NCBI GenBank assembly: GCA_964016885.1
Contig: OZ024742.1
Coordinates: 55,118,001-55,182,000, forward strand
Length of the DNA stretch: 64,000 bases
Origin: Eledone cirrhosa
Taxonomy: Eukaryota
Reading direction: 5' to 3'
The position numbers were made by a program, and so were the translations under genes. The notes beneath the pieces are model-generated. The model ran no database searches and was not told the DNA's origin. It was given only the letters and a program-made list of their open reading frames with translations. Shown in pieces: positions 11,967-26,100 of this stretch (the stretch's first letter is position 1; each line of letters begins with the position of its first letter).

Positions 11967-11989
11967 AATTTAATAGGTTTTTATCCATC

Positions 11990-12900
11990 TTACAGTTGTA
12001 CTGCGCTTTTCAATCCGAGTGCCGTGCTAGTTACAACAATTCTTTACAATTCTTGTAGTTATCACTGTAAAATAATTTTTATCATTCCTAATTCCTATAC
12101 AATCAATGGTTTCGTTACCACTTTGATATGCCACATTTATATCATCTCGACAACTCCTTATTCCGCAATATTGGAATCACATGGAATGCACATATCAATC
12201 TATACACATACTGTGTTACTTTGGTATTTTTCAATACTGCCCGATCTTTGAACTTTGATAGTTCTGTCTGTAGGTAAAGGAAAGTCCCAAAGTATCATTA
12301 TATTTTCTCCATCATTTACAGCATTCAGCTGCTGCTTATACCATTTGTCAACCGTTTTGATTTTATAATTCCTGCGTATTATCCAATGTAGATATTGGCC
12401 AACTCTTTCCTTTCTTGATTCATAGGCTACTGGGGCTAACATTTTAGATCCAGAGATTTATTCGTCTTCTCTTTTAATCGCATTATTGCATATTCAGACC
12501 ATTGGATTTACTCCATTTTTCCTCACGTTGGCTTGACAGTTCCGAGTTAATAAGCTTTGATATTGGGCAGCTGAAATGAAGCCATTAATCTATACATTTA
12601 GCCTTATGCTGTGTAGCCACCAATAGTTGCATTTCTAGTCAACCGCAGCTTCTTTGCTACAGTCCACATACGTGCCATGCTGACGTTTCTACTCCCAGCT
12701 CAATGTTTTCAAGATCGAATAAAGCTTCTTACTCCACTCATGTTTTTCAATGTTTTTCAGTATCTAATCGATTATTACTGCAAAATATTGGGCCAGTTTA
12801 TTTGTGGTGGTTTTGTGAGACATTTCAAACTGGCGAATGTATCGGATATTAAGTATAACAAAGCATTTAATAAAATTATTCAATTCTGGGAGGTATATAA
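11990..12900 (-). mobile_element. Highly degenerate R4/Dong-like LINE 3' part
   Basis: ORF 12200-12442 VGQYLHWII...KWY...ILWDFPLPTDRTIK matches the pre-REL region of the Dong-like ORFs in this window. Confidence 0.65.
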
Positions 12901-12984
12901 AAATCGACATTAAACAAAACCATGTTGACATACTAAAAGGCAAACTTGTGAAATTTTAGTCGAATATGAAACGATTAAGTATAT

Positions 12985-13062
<78 letters not shown>

Positions 13063-13446
13063 TGTGGTGTGTGCGTGTGTGTATGTATGGATCTGTGTGT
13101 GAGCAGGCGCGTGCATATGTCCCGAAAAGTGTGTTAGCAACCGCAGTTTACAATGAAGTTATATCTGTATACATAGAAAATGGGTAATCGAGTCCTCTTG
13201 AAACTGTCTCTAAATAAACACTTTCAATATGTAAGTATGTACAATGCCAGATAATAAGAAATACCCTGGTAATTGAAAAAAATGTTAAAACATTTAACAG
13301 AATTTCTGACCTCACCAGAAGACGTGTATATCATCCGAACTACCACAACCAAACATGTATATGTTAAGTTTATATACACATTCCCTCTTTGTATTATTCT
13401 CAAATGGGCATACTAATTTGGATATAATTAGTTTTCGTGTTGGTAG

Positions 13447-13505
<59 letters not shown>

Positions 13506-13631
13506 GTAGGAGGTGAGTTTTATTGTAGTACAATAAAGCAATGCAGATATCGGATAAGAAGCACTCTACAGTTTCTAGGACTGGAGTATACATAATATAT
13601 AAGATCAACAGATGGTTAAAAGAGTTCCATG

Positions 13632-13702
13632 TATTTTATTATGCGCATTTCAAAAACAAATATCATCATGCAATAACATTTGTGTTTTCATCAGATAAAA
13701 TA
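13632..13702 (-). ncRNA. Type I hammerhead in PLE terminal repeat
   Basis: Reverse complement of the 16811-16880 motif. Confidence 0.75.
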
Positions 13703-16700
13703 GGAAGACATGATATGAAGGTTAAAAAACACTTGTGAATAGTGAAGTTTTAAATCAACATATGAAAAGTAGTTTTAGATTGATGTGTGATATTGGAAAA
13801 AAGATTTTTTGAGGAGGGGGAGGTTGGAAAGGATGAAAAAGAGGAGGAGATGAGAGTAAAAAGTGGAGGGGGAGGAGTATAATGAGGAAGGATGAGATAG
13901 GAGGAGAGATGGGTGATAGAGAGAGAGAGATAGCTTTTATAACTGAGAAAAATATATTGTTTTACATAGAGAGGTTAAAAAACCGTTGGAAGATAATATA
14001 TAAATTAAAAGAATTTGAAAATTAACGAAGAGAAAAATAATGTTAAGTTAAGGTTTGTATATTGAAGGGTTTAATATGTGTGATGAAAAGAAATTGTTAA
14101 TATGTGTTAAGAATAATATTTAAGGGTTTAATAATATGTGCGATGGAAAGAAAATGTTGATATGTATTATTAAAAAAAGCAATAGTAATGTAAGTCAGCA
14201 TATATTGTGAAAGAAGTAGAGATAGGATGAATACGTTAGATGAAAGGGAGGAAAAATAATGAATTGAGAATGAATAATCTAACGTCAAAAAATTGTTTAT
14301 GTTTACGAAGGATTTTTTTCAAGGTGATATAAAGTAAGAATATATTGTACTGTGTAATAATTGTTTCTATGTTAGGCACAATGAGAAAAGGTACAGATTA
14401 GAGGCTAGAAATTAAAAGAAAAAGGAAAAGAAAAGGAAAATGAAGAAAGGGAAGTGATAAATAGGAGTGATATAGAATGAGTAACTAGTATTATATAATG
14501 TATAATAAATAACTTTGAAATAAGGTAGAAAGATGGGTATATTTTTAAAGAGGTATATATAAATAAGTGCCTTTGAGAAAAGGATTTTAAATTGATAAAG
14601 TATTAGATATTAGCTGTATACTTTATGGAAAGTTCTGTGGAATTTATGCAAGCAGAGAGAAAACAAGTCAGTGCGTCTATTTATTATAGAATCTAAATTA
14701 TATATAATGGTAAATTTTTCATTTAAACAGAGATTGCAAGTTTTGGATAGAGAACTGTTGGATAAAGAAGCAGAAGAAACCTTTTTCCAAGAGATGTTAT
14801 ATTTAATATTTTTGTCTTTCAAGGACCATATGAGTTCTGAGAGTGCCGTGTTGGTTCTTTTAAGTTGGTATTTAAAAGACGAATGATGATTATAAAGACG
14901 AGCTTTAAAGGAGGTGGAAGTGGAGCCAAAATAGGTGAAGGAATTGGTGTCAGTTATAACTTCACATTCGTAGATTAAGTTTTTTTCAAGACAATGGTTG
15001 TTGAGAGGACATTTATTTTTAACAGGGCAATTGCAATTGCGATTAGAGAGATTAGCAGAGTTATTAACGAGTGACCTAGTGTTATCTATGGAAGGAATTG
15101 GATTGGAGAAGTTATTTACGATAGGAATAATAGTTTCTTGATTTAGCGAAGTTGTGTTTGACGTTGTATTTGGGTTTGCAGAAATTAGCCTAGAGTTTAC
15201 AATGACGTCGGGAGTATTATTACTGTTATTATGATATTCAGTGTTGGAAGGAAGAGATTTAGTATTTAGTATTTTATTGTTGTGTTTAGAGATAATGTTG
15301 GAAATGTTGGAGGAGGTCGAATAGGAACATTTTATAGTGTGTTTGTTAAATATTTTACTATAGATATGTGAGGGAGGGAAGCATTTATTTACGGCACTAA
15401 AGAATAATTTAGGAATATTATTATTAATAGCGATGGAGAAAGGAGCATTATACCAGATTATGTTTTTGTATCTAAGTCTTTTATTAAAGTTATTGGAATG
15501 ATCATGATTAATTATTCTACTGTAAGATCTTCTAGAATTTGTTTCTTTACTATATTTGATTTTATCAGGATAGCCGGCTGTAGAAAACGTGTTATTATAG
15601 TAATTATTATAGTAAAAAAAAGATGTTTTTATTAGAAGACAAACATATTAAATATAACATCTCTTGGAAAAAGGTTTCTTCTGCTTCTACATACTTGAAC
15701 AGTTCTCTATCCAAGACTTGCAATCTCTGTTTAAATGAAAAATTTACCATTATATATAATTTAGATTCTATAATAAATAGACGCACTGACTTGTTTTCTC
15801 TCTGCTTGCATAACTTCCACAGAACATTCCATAAAGTATACAACTAATATCTAATACTTTATCAATTTAAAATCCTTTTCTCAAAGGCACTTATTTATAT
15901 ATACCTCTTTAAAAATATACCCATCTTTCTACCTTATTTCAAAGTTATTTATTATACATTATATAATACTAGTTACTCATTCTATGTCACTCCTATTTAT
16001 CACTTTCCTTTCTTCCTTTTCCTTTTCTTTTCCTTTTTCTTTTAATTTCTAACCCCTAATCTGTACCTTTTCTCATTTTGCCTAACATAGAAACAATTAT
16101 TACACAGTACAATATATTCTTACTTTATATCACCTTGAAAAAAATCCTTCGTAAACATAAACATTTTTTTGACGTTAGATTATTCATCCTCAATTCATAA
16201 TTTTTTCTCCCTTTCATCTAACGTATTCATCCTATCTCTACTTCTTTCACAATATATCCTTACTTACGTTACTATTGCTTTTTTTAATAATACATATCAA
16301 CATTTTCTTTCCATCGCACATATTATTAAACTCTTAAATATTATTCTTAATACATATTAACATTTTCTTTCCATCGCACATATTATTAAACCCTTAAATA
16401 TTATTCTTAATACATATTAACAATTTCTTTTCATCGCACATATTATTAAACCCTTCAATATACAAACCTTAACTTAACATTATTTTTATCTTCGTTAATT
16501 TTCAAATTCTTTTAATGTATATATTATCTTCCAACGGTTTTTCAACCTCTCTATGTAAAACACTACATTTTTCTCAGTTATAAAAGCTATCTCTCTCTCT
16601 CTCTATCACCCATCTCTCCTCCTATCTCATCCTTCCTCATTATACTCCTCCCCTCCACTTTTTACTCTCATCTTCTCCTCTCATTCATCCCCCCCCCCCC

Positions 16701-16810
16701 TCAAAACATCTTTTTTCCAATATCACACATCAATCTAAAACTACTTTTCATATGTTGATTTAAAACTGCACTATTCACAAGTGTTTTTTAACCTTCATAT
16801 CATGTCTTCC

Positions 16811-16880
16811 TATTTTATCTGATGAAATACAAATGTTATTGCATGATGATATTTGTTTTTGAAATGCGCATAATAAAATA
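16811..16880 (+). ncRNA. Type I hammerhead in PLE terminal repeat
   Basis: tattttat-CTGATGA-(long stem II)-GAAA-tgcgca-TA-ataaaata; 8-bp stem I and palindromic stem III. Confidence 0.8.
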
Positions 16881-16908
16881 CATGGAACTCTTTTAACCAT
16901 CTTTTGAT

Positions 16909-16959
<51 letters not shown>

Positions 16960-16995
16960 ATCTTTATAGGTATATATATATATATTGTATATATG

Positions 16996-17027
<32 letters not shown>

Positions 17028-17044
17028 TATATGAAAACGTATGA

Positions 17045-17138
17045 CCCAGACGGCAGAGCTCAAGCCGTTTCGACGTCTATTTCTTTACTAAATTAGAATT
17101 TTTAGTCTGGTGAATAAATAGCCGAACTTGTCAAGGGG
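17045..17138 (-). ncRNA. Hammerhead motif, U3-A8 core variant (UUGACAA)
   Basis: Minus strand: cccc-TTGACAA-gttcggctattt...aaatagacgtc-GAAA-cggc ttgagctct gccg-TC-tggg. Confidence 0.6.
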
Positions 17139-17701
17139 TACTTCCTTATATGGGATGATTGTAGTTGTCAAGGGGATTGGTCAAAATTTGTTGTAAACCA
17201 AATAATTCTATCATGGTGTTGCTTGTACGGCTAAAGCAATAGAAAAGGTTAATAAGTTGAGAATTGAAAATACTAAAAAATAAATGTAGAAGTGTGGAGT
17301 GAAAAAATATAAAGCAAACTTTTCAGGGGTCTAACACAGCTGCTAAAAATAGTTAGTAAACCGTATTCCGCCAATGCTATCTTACAATTACAGGTTAATA
17401 AATTGAGAATAGAAAAATATCTTAGAAATGGAGTAGTAACACATATGATACAACATTAAAGGGGTCGAACACATCTGCTATAAATAATTAGTAAAGCGTA
17501 TTCGGCCAATTCTATCTTTAAATTACAAGGGTGAGGGTACTGAGACTACAGAGTCCCAATGGGTTGCATCGGGGTAGGCGAAAGTGGAAAATCAGACGAG
17601 GAAGAAGATCGGGGGTGGAAGGAAGTGAAAGGATGAGACAGGGGGAAGAAGAAAATACAGAGGAAAAGAAAAGAGGTACATCTACCTATGTAAGCTGGGG
17701 T

Positions 17702-17742
17702 TTAGGGTTAGGGTTAGGGTTAGGGTTAGGGTTAGGGTTAGG
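17702..17742 (+). repeat. Interstitial telomeric-type repeat (TTAGGG)6 + TTAGG
   Basis: Read directly from the sequence. Confidence 0.95.
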
Positions 17743-17744
17743 CC

Positions 17745-18880
17745 TTCTCTACCCATCACTGACCAGGAAAGAAATATCATTCTCCACGCCAGGAAGACAG
17801 TCCTACATTTCGACAATTCCAAGTGGATAAAGAGAGCTGCCGACTCCCCCTCCGACGTCAGTATGGGCGCGACGGATTCGGCCGAGGTCACAGATCTTAT
17901 AGGATTATTCCTACTATTTAAACTCACCGAAATGTTTCCTACATTCGGCGGTGGATTGCACCGAGATGATGGGCTCCTCACCCTCAAAGGCTACAACCCC
18001 AGTAGTACAGACCGGGTCGGTAAACAACTAATCAACTTCTTCCGGGACTGGGGATTTAAAATCACCCTACAAACGTTCCTTAGCCGAGTCAATTTCCTAG
18101 ATGTTACGCTTAACCTCGAAAATTATCTGTACTACCCATACAGTAAACCAAACGACAACCTGCACTACATCCACCGCCGCTCTAACCATCCTAGAAACAC
18201 CACCAATAACCAGGTTAAAAACATCTCCCTCCGCATATCTTGTCTGTCCGCTAATGAGCAGATATTCGACGAACATGCGCCTCATTACAACCAGGCCCTC
18301 AAGAGGAGTAGCTTCCGGGAGAAAATATCCTTTTATCCAGCTCCCTTAACGGAACCAGCAGGCGACACCGCCGCTCACGCAACGTATCGTGGTTCAATCC
18401 TCCCCATAATGCTGAGGTGGCAACACCTATCGGGAAAATCTTCTTTAGGCTCCTCGAAAAACACTTCCCTCTACAATACCGCTAGCAAAACATAATCAAC
18501 AAAAACACCACCAAACTCTCCTACAGCACCACACCTAACTTCGCACAAAACATCGTCTCCTCAAACAATAAAAAACTCAACCCCTATGGAAGAAACAACC
18601 TAAATAGCAGTGGAAAGCCGACCAGGAATAACTACAAGGCTCCGGACTGATTCTTTGTAATTTTATTTTCAACCTAAAAACTTTTCGGACTTTCGCAGTT
18701 ATCTCCCTTACACCTCTCGCACGCAGTTTAGTATTGCCTGTGTGAAGTGATTGGGTTTCTGCGCATGCGCGTTCGTACGGTTGTCCTTCCTGTTCCTATG
18801 ACCAAGCCCATTCCGAGCTGAGGATCCGCTAATGTGAAACAATTGTTCTCGGTATGGTGAACTATCTGTTGCGTAACCAC
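17745..18880 (+). mobile_element. 5'-truncated Penelope-like RT with 3' UTR hammerhead; no GIY-YIG visible
   Basis: ORF 17863-18495 MGATDSAEVTDLIG...GGLHRDDGL...VNFLDVTLNL...SNHP; after a frameshift WFNPP and KLSYSTTPN, then a stop near 18650. Confidence 0.85.
18813..18852 (+). ncRNA. Minimal hammerhead (core CUGAGGA)
   Basis: ccgag-CTGAGGA-tccgctaatgt-GAAA-caattg-TT-ctcgg; relative at 56847-56884 on the minus strand. Confidence 0.7.
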
Positions 18881-18917
<37 letters not shown>

Positions 18918-18938
18918 TTAAAAATATATACGATTGTG

Positions 18939-19560
<622 letters not shown>

Positions 19561-19649
19561 GCTGGTCTATAGTTTTGGCTTACTCTCGGATTCCGACAGA
19601 TATAAAAGTATTTTTTAATTTATTGGAACTTATCCACAAACGATTCCTC

Positions 19650-20620
19650 TGATGATTAATGTCCCATCTTCCGTAGCATTACCAAAATTGATTGCTTAGG
19701 GAGATAATTTTCAAAATTCTTCATAAATTTGGTGGCATACCACCTTTAATAGTAAATGCAATTAATCTAATGTATGAAATCACAAAAGCCCACATAATCA
19801 CCACAAACGGAAAAACTTTGGGGTTCAGAATTTTAGCTAGCGTATTTCAGGGTAATACATTAGCTCCATTTTTGTTTATTATTGTTTTGGAATATTGTTT
19901 GAAAAAATCATTTAAAATTCCCGGTGGAGATTCTGAAATGTTTATAGAACCCAGAAGATGGACAGGAAATCCAGAGATACGACGAAGCGAGTTGGCATAT
20001 GCTGATGACATCACTCTGATCAATGAATCATTGCAATTGAATAAAAATATGTTATATTGTGTTGCACATGCAGCAAATCTACTTTGTTTACATCTCAATG
20101 CGAGCAAAACATAAATTGTAACAAACGGAATCAATAATGATTATGAGTAAAGTGTATAACTGGGCAAGTCATTACTCGGGTGGAGCAATTTAAATATTTA
20201 TGCGGTTATATTCCAGAAAGGGAGCATGATTTTAATGTAGGAAAAGTACAGGCTCGCGCAGCAATAAACCAGTTAGACAAAATATGGAAGTCTAACAAGT
20301 AAAGAAAACTGAAAGTTGACTTTTACAGAGTATATGTTGAAAGTATTTAGTTATATAACTAAGAAACCTTAAACATAACAGGAAACCTTGAAATAAAAAT
20401 AGATGGAAAATATAAGCTATGGAGTAGAATGTTTAACATCAGCTGCAGAGATCATGTAACAAAGAGAGAGATATACCAAGGCCTGTTATGACTATCAGAT
20501 ACCATTAGACGGAGAATATAGTATTTTGCTGGCTACTGCTACAGAGCTAGGGTCAAAACAGATTGGTAAGCTTTAATTTCTATTTTGGTCCTGATCAGGA
20601 GGGAAGCATCGCAGAGAAAG
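19650..20620 (+). mobile_element. Degenerate RTE-like RT fragment
   Basis: VFQGNTLAPFLFIIVLEY...LAYADDITL...LHLNASKT, with downstream F(A)GYCYR-like remnants. Confidence 0.75.
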
Positions 20621-20804
20621 AGAAATGATGACCCTTCCACAAAATACACAGAGATATGATACTGCTATAAATTCTGATACTTAAATCGAAATCTTTATTG
20701 GGAGCAAAAACATGTGAAGGCAGAGAGAGAAAGATGTTATAGTTTCGTCACCGGACAATTCATGATGGTGATGTTGATGATGATATATATATATATATAT
20801 ATAT

Positions 20805-20913
20805 ATCTTAAACCACAACTGAATACTAACCCATACAATCACTAATACTCTTTTATTCCTAATTAAACCATTTTTCAACTGTGAACAATTTGTCAGCATT
20901 TTCTATTCCGTTT

Positions 20914-20918
<5 letters not shown>
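20805..20918 (+). repeat. Interspersed repeat end; second copy at ~44928-45038
   Basis: Shared actgaatactaacc...gaacaatttgtcagcattttc. Confidence 0.6.
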
Positions 20919-20960
<42 letters not shown>

Positions 20961-21054
20961 TGTTTTTTTTTTCGTTTTGCAAGGATTTTGATATGAACAG
21001 ATAAAATAAAAATGGCGTACATATACAATACAACAGGAGGAAACATAATAGTAC

Positions 21055-21092
21055 CAATGATGATGTTGCAGATGTGCAACGAAAGAACTTTG
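21055..21092 (+). ncRNA. Hammerhead-like motif (degenerate core) of the family also at 63722-63764
   Basis: ATGATGA-t-gttgca gatg tgcaac-GAAA-gaac-TT. The family terminus at 21260-21290 matches 63587-63612 inverted. Confidence 0.5.
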
Positions 21093-21284
21093 TTAGACTA
21101 TATATATATATGTATATATATCTGTGTTTTGACCGTTGGTCAGTCAGAGATAACAATTGATGGCCAAATGAATTAACTGGAGATATAAAAAATGCAGAAG
21201 CGAAAACCTACAAAACAGTGAGTGTGTTCTGTTATTATTTCTGGCAATATTATTACAACAATATGACCCTCCCCAAGTATAACA

Positions 21285-21349
<65 letters not shown>

Positions 21350-22344
21350 CATATTTATACACACACACACGCACACACACACACATACACACACATACAT
21401 ATATATATGGTCTATTTGGTTTTAGTCAATAAAGCGGCACTAGTGTAGACAGGTGAGAGCAGTCGACGAATTATACATTTAGGTATGCGTACCACAGAGT
21501 GATAGTGTAACCATGAAGTAGAAGTAAATAGAGTAGGCCTTATTGTTTCACAATCGCTGTTATACGTATTTCGATGGCAATTTCATTTGAAGTTTGTCTC
21601 TGAGTAACATCCGTGGGAAACTCAGATGGGGACCGCAAATAATTAACAGAATGAGAACTGCTTTAGTGCAGCTAACAACGGAAACTTTCCTTAATTTTAT
21701 GGAAAGTAAGCCTAAATCTTTCGATCCTAAGGAGAACCTCCCTCCCCTGAAGGGACATACGTTGTATCTTACTCTACGAACCTTTTTTTGTGTGTATGTA
21801 TATGTGTGAGAGTTTGTGTTTGTTGGTGTGTGTGTGTGTGTGTTCGTGTGTGTGTAATATACATAGTATTGGTTGTAATATTCAGTTACGGATGGTTCAC
21901 CAGTTTGAGCGCTTAATGTTAATATGTGCGTCCGGCAACCAATGTGGTATTCTACGTTTGGTACTTCACCATTATCGGTATCCTATTCATTCCAGAGTCG
22001 TCCAATCATTATAGGTTGTAACTTGAACCGGTCGATTGCGATACGCGCGTCACATATGAATAATAATGATGACAGAATGATATTTCCTGCATCTCATCTA
22101 CATACACACACAAACACTCATATATATATATATATGAGTGTGTGTCTGTATGTATATATAATATATGTGTGTATATATATTAGAAAAGGGAAGTAAAGAT
22201 TCTATACAAAACGTGGATATAGAGAAAAGATGAAGTTGGAAATAGCATGGGAGATATATTTAAGGCTCTGTTTCTCTTTTTTGATTCGTCAAAGTGACAT
22301 TATTGAAAATAATTTTTTATGATGTATATAAAGTATTTGAAGAA

Positions 22345-22383
22345 ATTACCGGCTTCGATGTATTAAAATCCATCTCGTCAAAT
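22345..22383 (-). ncRNA. Degenerate hammerhead motif
   Basis: Minus strand: at-TTGACGA-gatg...catc-GAAG-ccgg-TA-at. Confidence 0.4.
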
Positions 22384-22714
22384 GTAGAGTGTAAAAAATA
22401 AAAAAATTAAAAAGTGATTTTAGGAGTCAAAAACGAAAGGTTTAAAATTTAAATCGAAATCGAATGTTTGTATAAATTTTCATCCACACTACTTGTTGAA
22501 AGGTTGGGTGATATATATATATATATATATATCGTAATAATAATAAATTTGAAGACTAAAATCCAAAGGGGGCTCGATAAGGATAAATATATATCAAATA
22601 TATAAGAACCGTTGCCAGGGAACGTTTCCATGAACCAAAGTATCGTCTTCCTGTCTTCCTCCGGTTGGAATGTTTTTTGAATATCCACTTCTGCGTTTAC
22701 AGATTGACTTTGTT

Positions 22715-22765
22715 AATTTCAGAAGATCCCGTTAAGGGTGAAAGCAGCGATTTTTTGCTTAAACT
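22715..22765 (+). ncRNA. Hammerhead-like motif with CAGAAGA core
   Basis: aattt-CAGAAGA-tcccgttaagggt-GAAA-gca...tgc-TT-aaact; flanks 22520-22790 match 9315-9510 inverted. Confidence 0.45.
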
Positions 22766-22798
22766 TTAATCTGTTATTTTAATAAATATATATATATA

Positions 22799-22910
<112 letters not shown>

Positions 22911-23041
22911 TATATATACATATATATATATATATAGGTGTACATATATATAAACACATATACATATATGTGTTTATGTATATGTACACCTATTTATATA
23001 TATTCTCTTTTACCTGTTTCAGCCATCCGGCTGAGGCCATG

Positions 23042-23103
<62 letters not shown>

Positions 23104-26100
23104 AGATATGTGTGTGCGGGGGTATGTGTTTGTGTGTGTTTGATAACTGGACGACGTGACTGTGGCTGGTCACGATCACGTTTTTCAGGACACTCAGTAA
23201 GTCATCCCAGCCATCAATCCGTCGAAGTCCAATATCATAATTGTGAGTTACGTCGAATCTTAATTCTAATTCACAGTACTCACAGTCCAAACCGCCTTGT
23301 CTGGGGCTCTACTAACGCTGAAAGATGCCGTCTAGATTCTATATATGTATATACTTCCTTTGCGTTGTATAGTTTTACAAATACGTAGATGAGTTTTTGA
23401 TCTATGCATTCCGAGTAGCGACCGTGATGCAAAGAAAAGCAGTCGACGTTATGGGTATATCCCATCATGGATGTTGATTTTCTGGTTGATACATGGACGG
23501 AGTTATATATTTCAATGAAAGCCATGAGAAGCCGAGATTCCAATAACATCCTATATTGTTGCATAATACTTATTTCTACATACGATGTACCACATACCTC
23601 AATAGAACATGACGGAAACCAATCAGCCACGTCATCAGATATTGTGAACATGATATATTTAGTTAAGTAATTTATACCATGGCAAAGCTATATATAAATA
23701 AAGGATAAATCTTTCTGTGGCGGCCAAAGTAACCATATAACCGCTACCCTAGCATCGCCTCCCTATGTTCACACAATGGACAATACTGTATATTGCTGGC
23801 TAGTAAGCGTAGCCAAGCGGGGTACGTGTGCTTCACGGCGACTATAGTTTTTCGAAGGGTTGATATATAATGCTATCAATTACAGATTATCACACACTAT
23901 CCCAGAACTGTAGTTTAATTCCGGCAAGGTGGAGGGGTGCCATTGAGGTGTTGATAGCCACTCAGTTCCTTGGCAGAAACTGGCGTTGCATGACAATGAA
24001 AATATGTGAAATAATATCAAGACCTTTACGTGGTTTATTGCTATCGAAATGTGTAGGATAGACAGTACTAAATCAAACATAATAGTAAATAATTGACAAC
24101 AACTTAAAGAATCATAATAGTAAATAATTATAAAAAATTATAAATATTATGAAACATGGTAAATAAATCACCGTAGTAAGTAACTATGAAATGTAAATAA
24201 TTATAAAAAGCTAACCGAATATGGAGAAGTATTAGCTCTACCGGGAATGACTCTCTGATCTCCGAGCTATTCATTCTCTGGGGCAACGTTTCTTCAAAGA
24301 CCCTTCGGAGGAATCATATTCCTGCCGATTTTATTTGCGTTTGTATTCTTTCGAACATTATACAAGATTCATGACCACACGTAACGGTTGTTACGAATAC
24401 CAAATCAGGATATCGAGTTTGAATTTTGCACCTACCTCCATTCTGATGGGTTAATGGTGAAGCTAACTCATTACTACTGTAACTCCTGCAATTCTTGCAC
24501 TTAATACAGCCTACTGCCTTCCATCACTCATAAACACGGCCCTGAGATACTCCATCACTGCACTACGCAGGCTCAATTGATAAGGCGAGTCTCTCAGTCT
24601 TCGCAGCACATAATTTCATTCCTGTTATGCAGCACATTGCAGCAATACTATCGAGTGCATATTGAAGATCACTTTCGTTCCCTTCTTTTTGTCACATATT
24701 TTATGTGGCAATATTACACATTAGAAATTATCTCAATAATTGATGAGGTATTTTGCAAATGATAGTTCGTAGTTCTGAGTCTTGAAAGACTACATATTGC
24801 CAGTGCATTAAGTGATAAGACAGAGAGAGAGAGAGGGGGAGACAAAGAGTGAGGGGGGTTAAGTTAGATAAAGAGGCCATGGGAATGTGAACGAGGGAGG
24901 GACAAAAGATTTTGTGCAAATTAAAAGAGCGACACAAAAATAATTGTAAAAGAGAACGAGGGGTGTGTATGTAATGGGAAATATTTTAAAACAATGACTA
25001 TTTTAAAATATATCATGGGCTCACAGGATGAATAATTGTATTTCTAGGTTAACAAAATGTGTAGTGAGAAAAGGAATAGTGTGTAGTATAATCTCATATA
25101 GATAAACGAGAAATGTTTAAAACTATAAGATATATTAAATAAAATACATATATACTTTCATATATATAACAATCTTTTGTTGTTTGAAATATAAGAAAAA
25201 GAATATTATATAGAAGCAATACTATACATATATTTTGAATACATTCAAATAGATCTTCAACGAGATAGAGAGAAACTTAGAGAAATAAGTCAAGATTGTG
25301 TGATCACATTTAAATAGATCTTCAAATAGCTAGAAAGAAACTTGATGAAATAAGTCCAGAATGATTTCATACATTGTTTTTATTTTTAAATTAAGTATTG
25401 TGACGATTGGCATAACAGAAACCCACCAATAACTTTTTTAAACATAATAGGTACTTGATGTGTCTATTTTCGATGAAGAACAAGATACCATTAGACTCTC
25501 TTAATCTCTAGGAGAATCAAAATATTTTGAAGTGGTAGTTATCTACTACATTCAACAATATCATATATATAGTAGTAAGTCTGGCGAAAATAATTTCGTT
25601 ACAATACAGAACACCCCAAATAATAATGTTATTAACTGATATCTCCAATTCATTATAGTAATGATAATAGATATAACTGTTCTGAAGATCACAGTTATAT
25701 CCCTGTTTCGTTAGCCGTTGTAGATCACCTAATTTTGACGACTATAACTGAACTGAATCCTTTACTTTTAACAAATAGTTTTGTGATATTCTGTATAACA
25801 TTTAGGAGCCATTTATCTGCTTCATTGTAACAGAAACTTTGTTTATTCAATTAGGAATTCCCATCCGACACTTTCTCATCGTGTTCATACATGTCATAAT
25901 AACATATTTCTTTTAATATCCCATCTGTTTAGTGGCATGAAAGTACGAATATACCTGTGTGGAGGATTGTCACCATTAGGATTTAAAAAGGTTGCAGGAT
26001 ATTTAAAAAATGGTTTTATCTCAGATTTATTTCTTTGATATCTCTAAAATGGATACTTTTAGCTTACAAAGACAGAGAGAGAGAAATATAACAATGTTAT

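Larger units (their letters stand above)
13601..16911 (-). mobile_element. Penelope-like element 3' part (linker + GIY-YIG, degenerate) with a ~1.2-kb inverted copy of its 3' end
   Basis: Minus strand 15600->14610 reads IIWYNAPFS...NCNCPVKNKCPLNNHCLEKNLIYECEV...YFGSTSTSFKARLYNH...CNLCLNEK. Arms 13601-14820 and 15635-16911 are reverse complements, flanked by (TA)n. Confidence 0.85.

Noticed and set aside
14060-14170. CRISPR-like repeated units (also 16290-16450 and 17245-17525)
   Set aside because: These are tandem duplications in PLE 3' UTRs with no unique spacers and no cas genes, in a eukaryotic context.
23280-23670. 123-aa ORF in apparently unique sequence
   Set aside because: No recognisable domain or codon signal, and no clear splice context.
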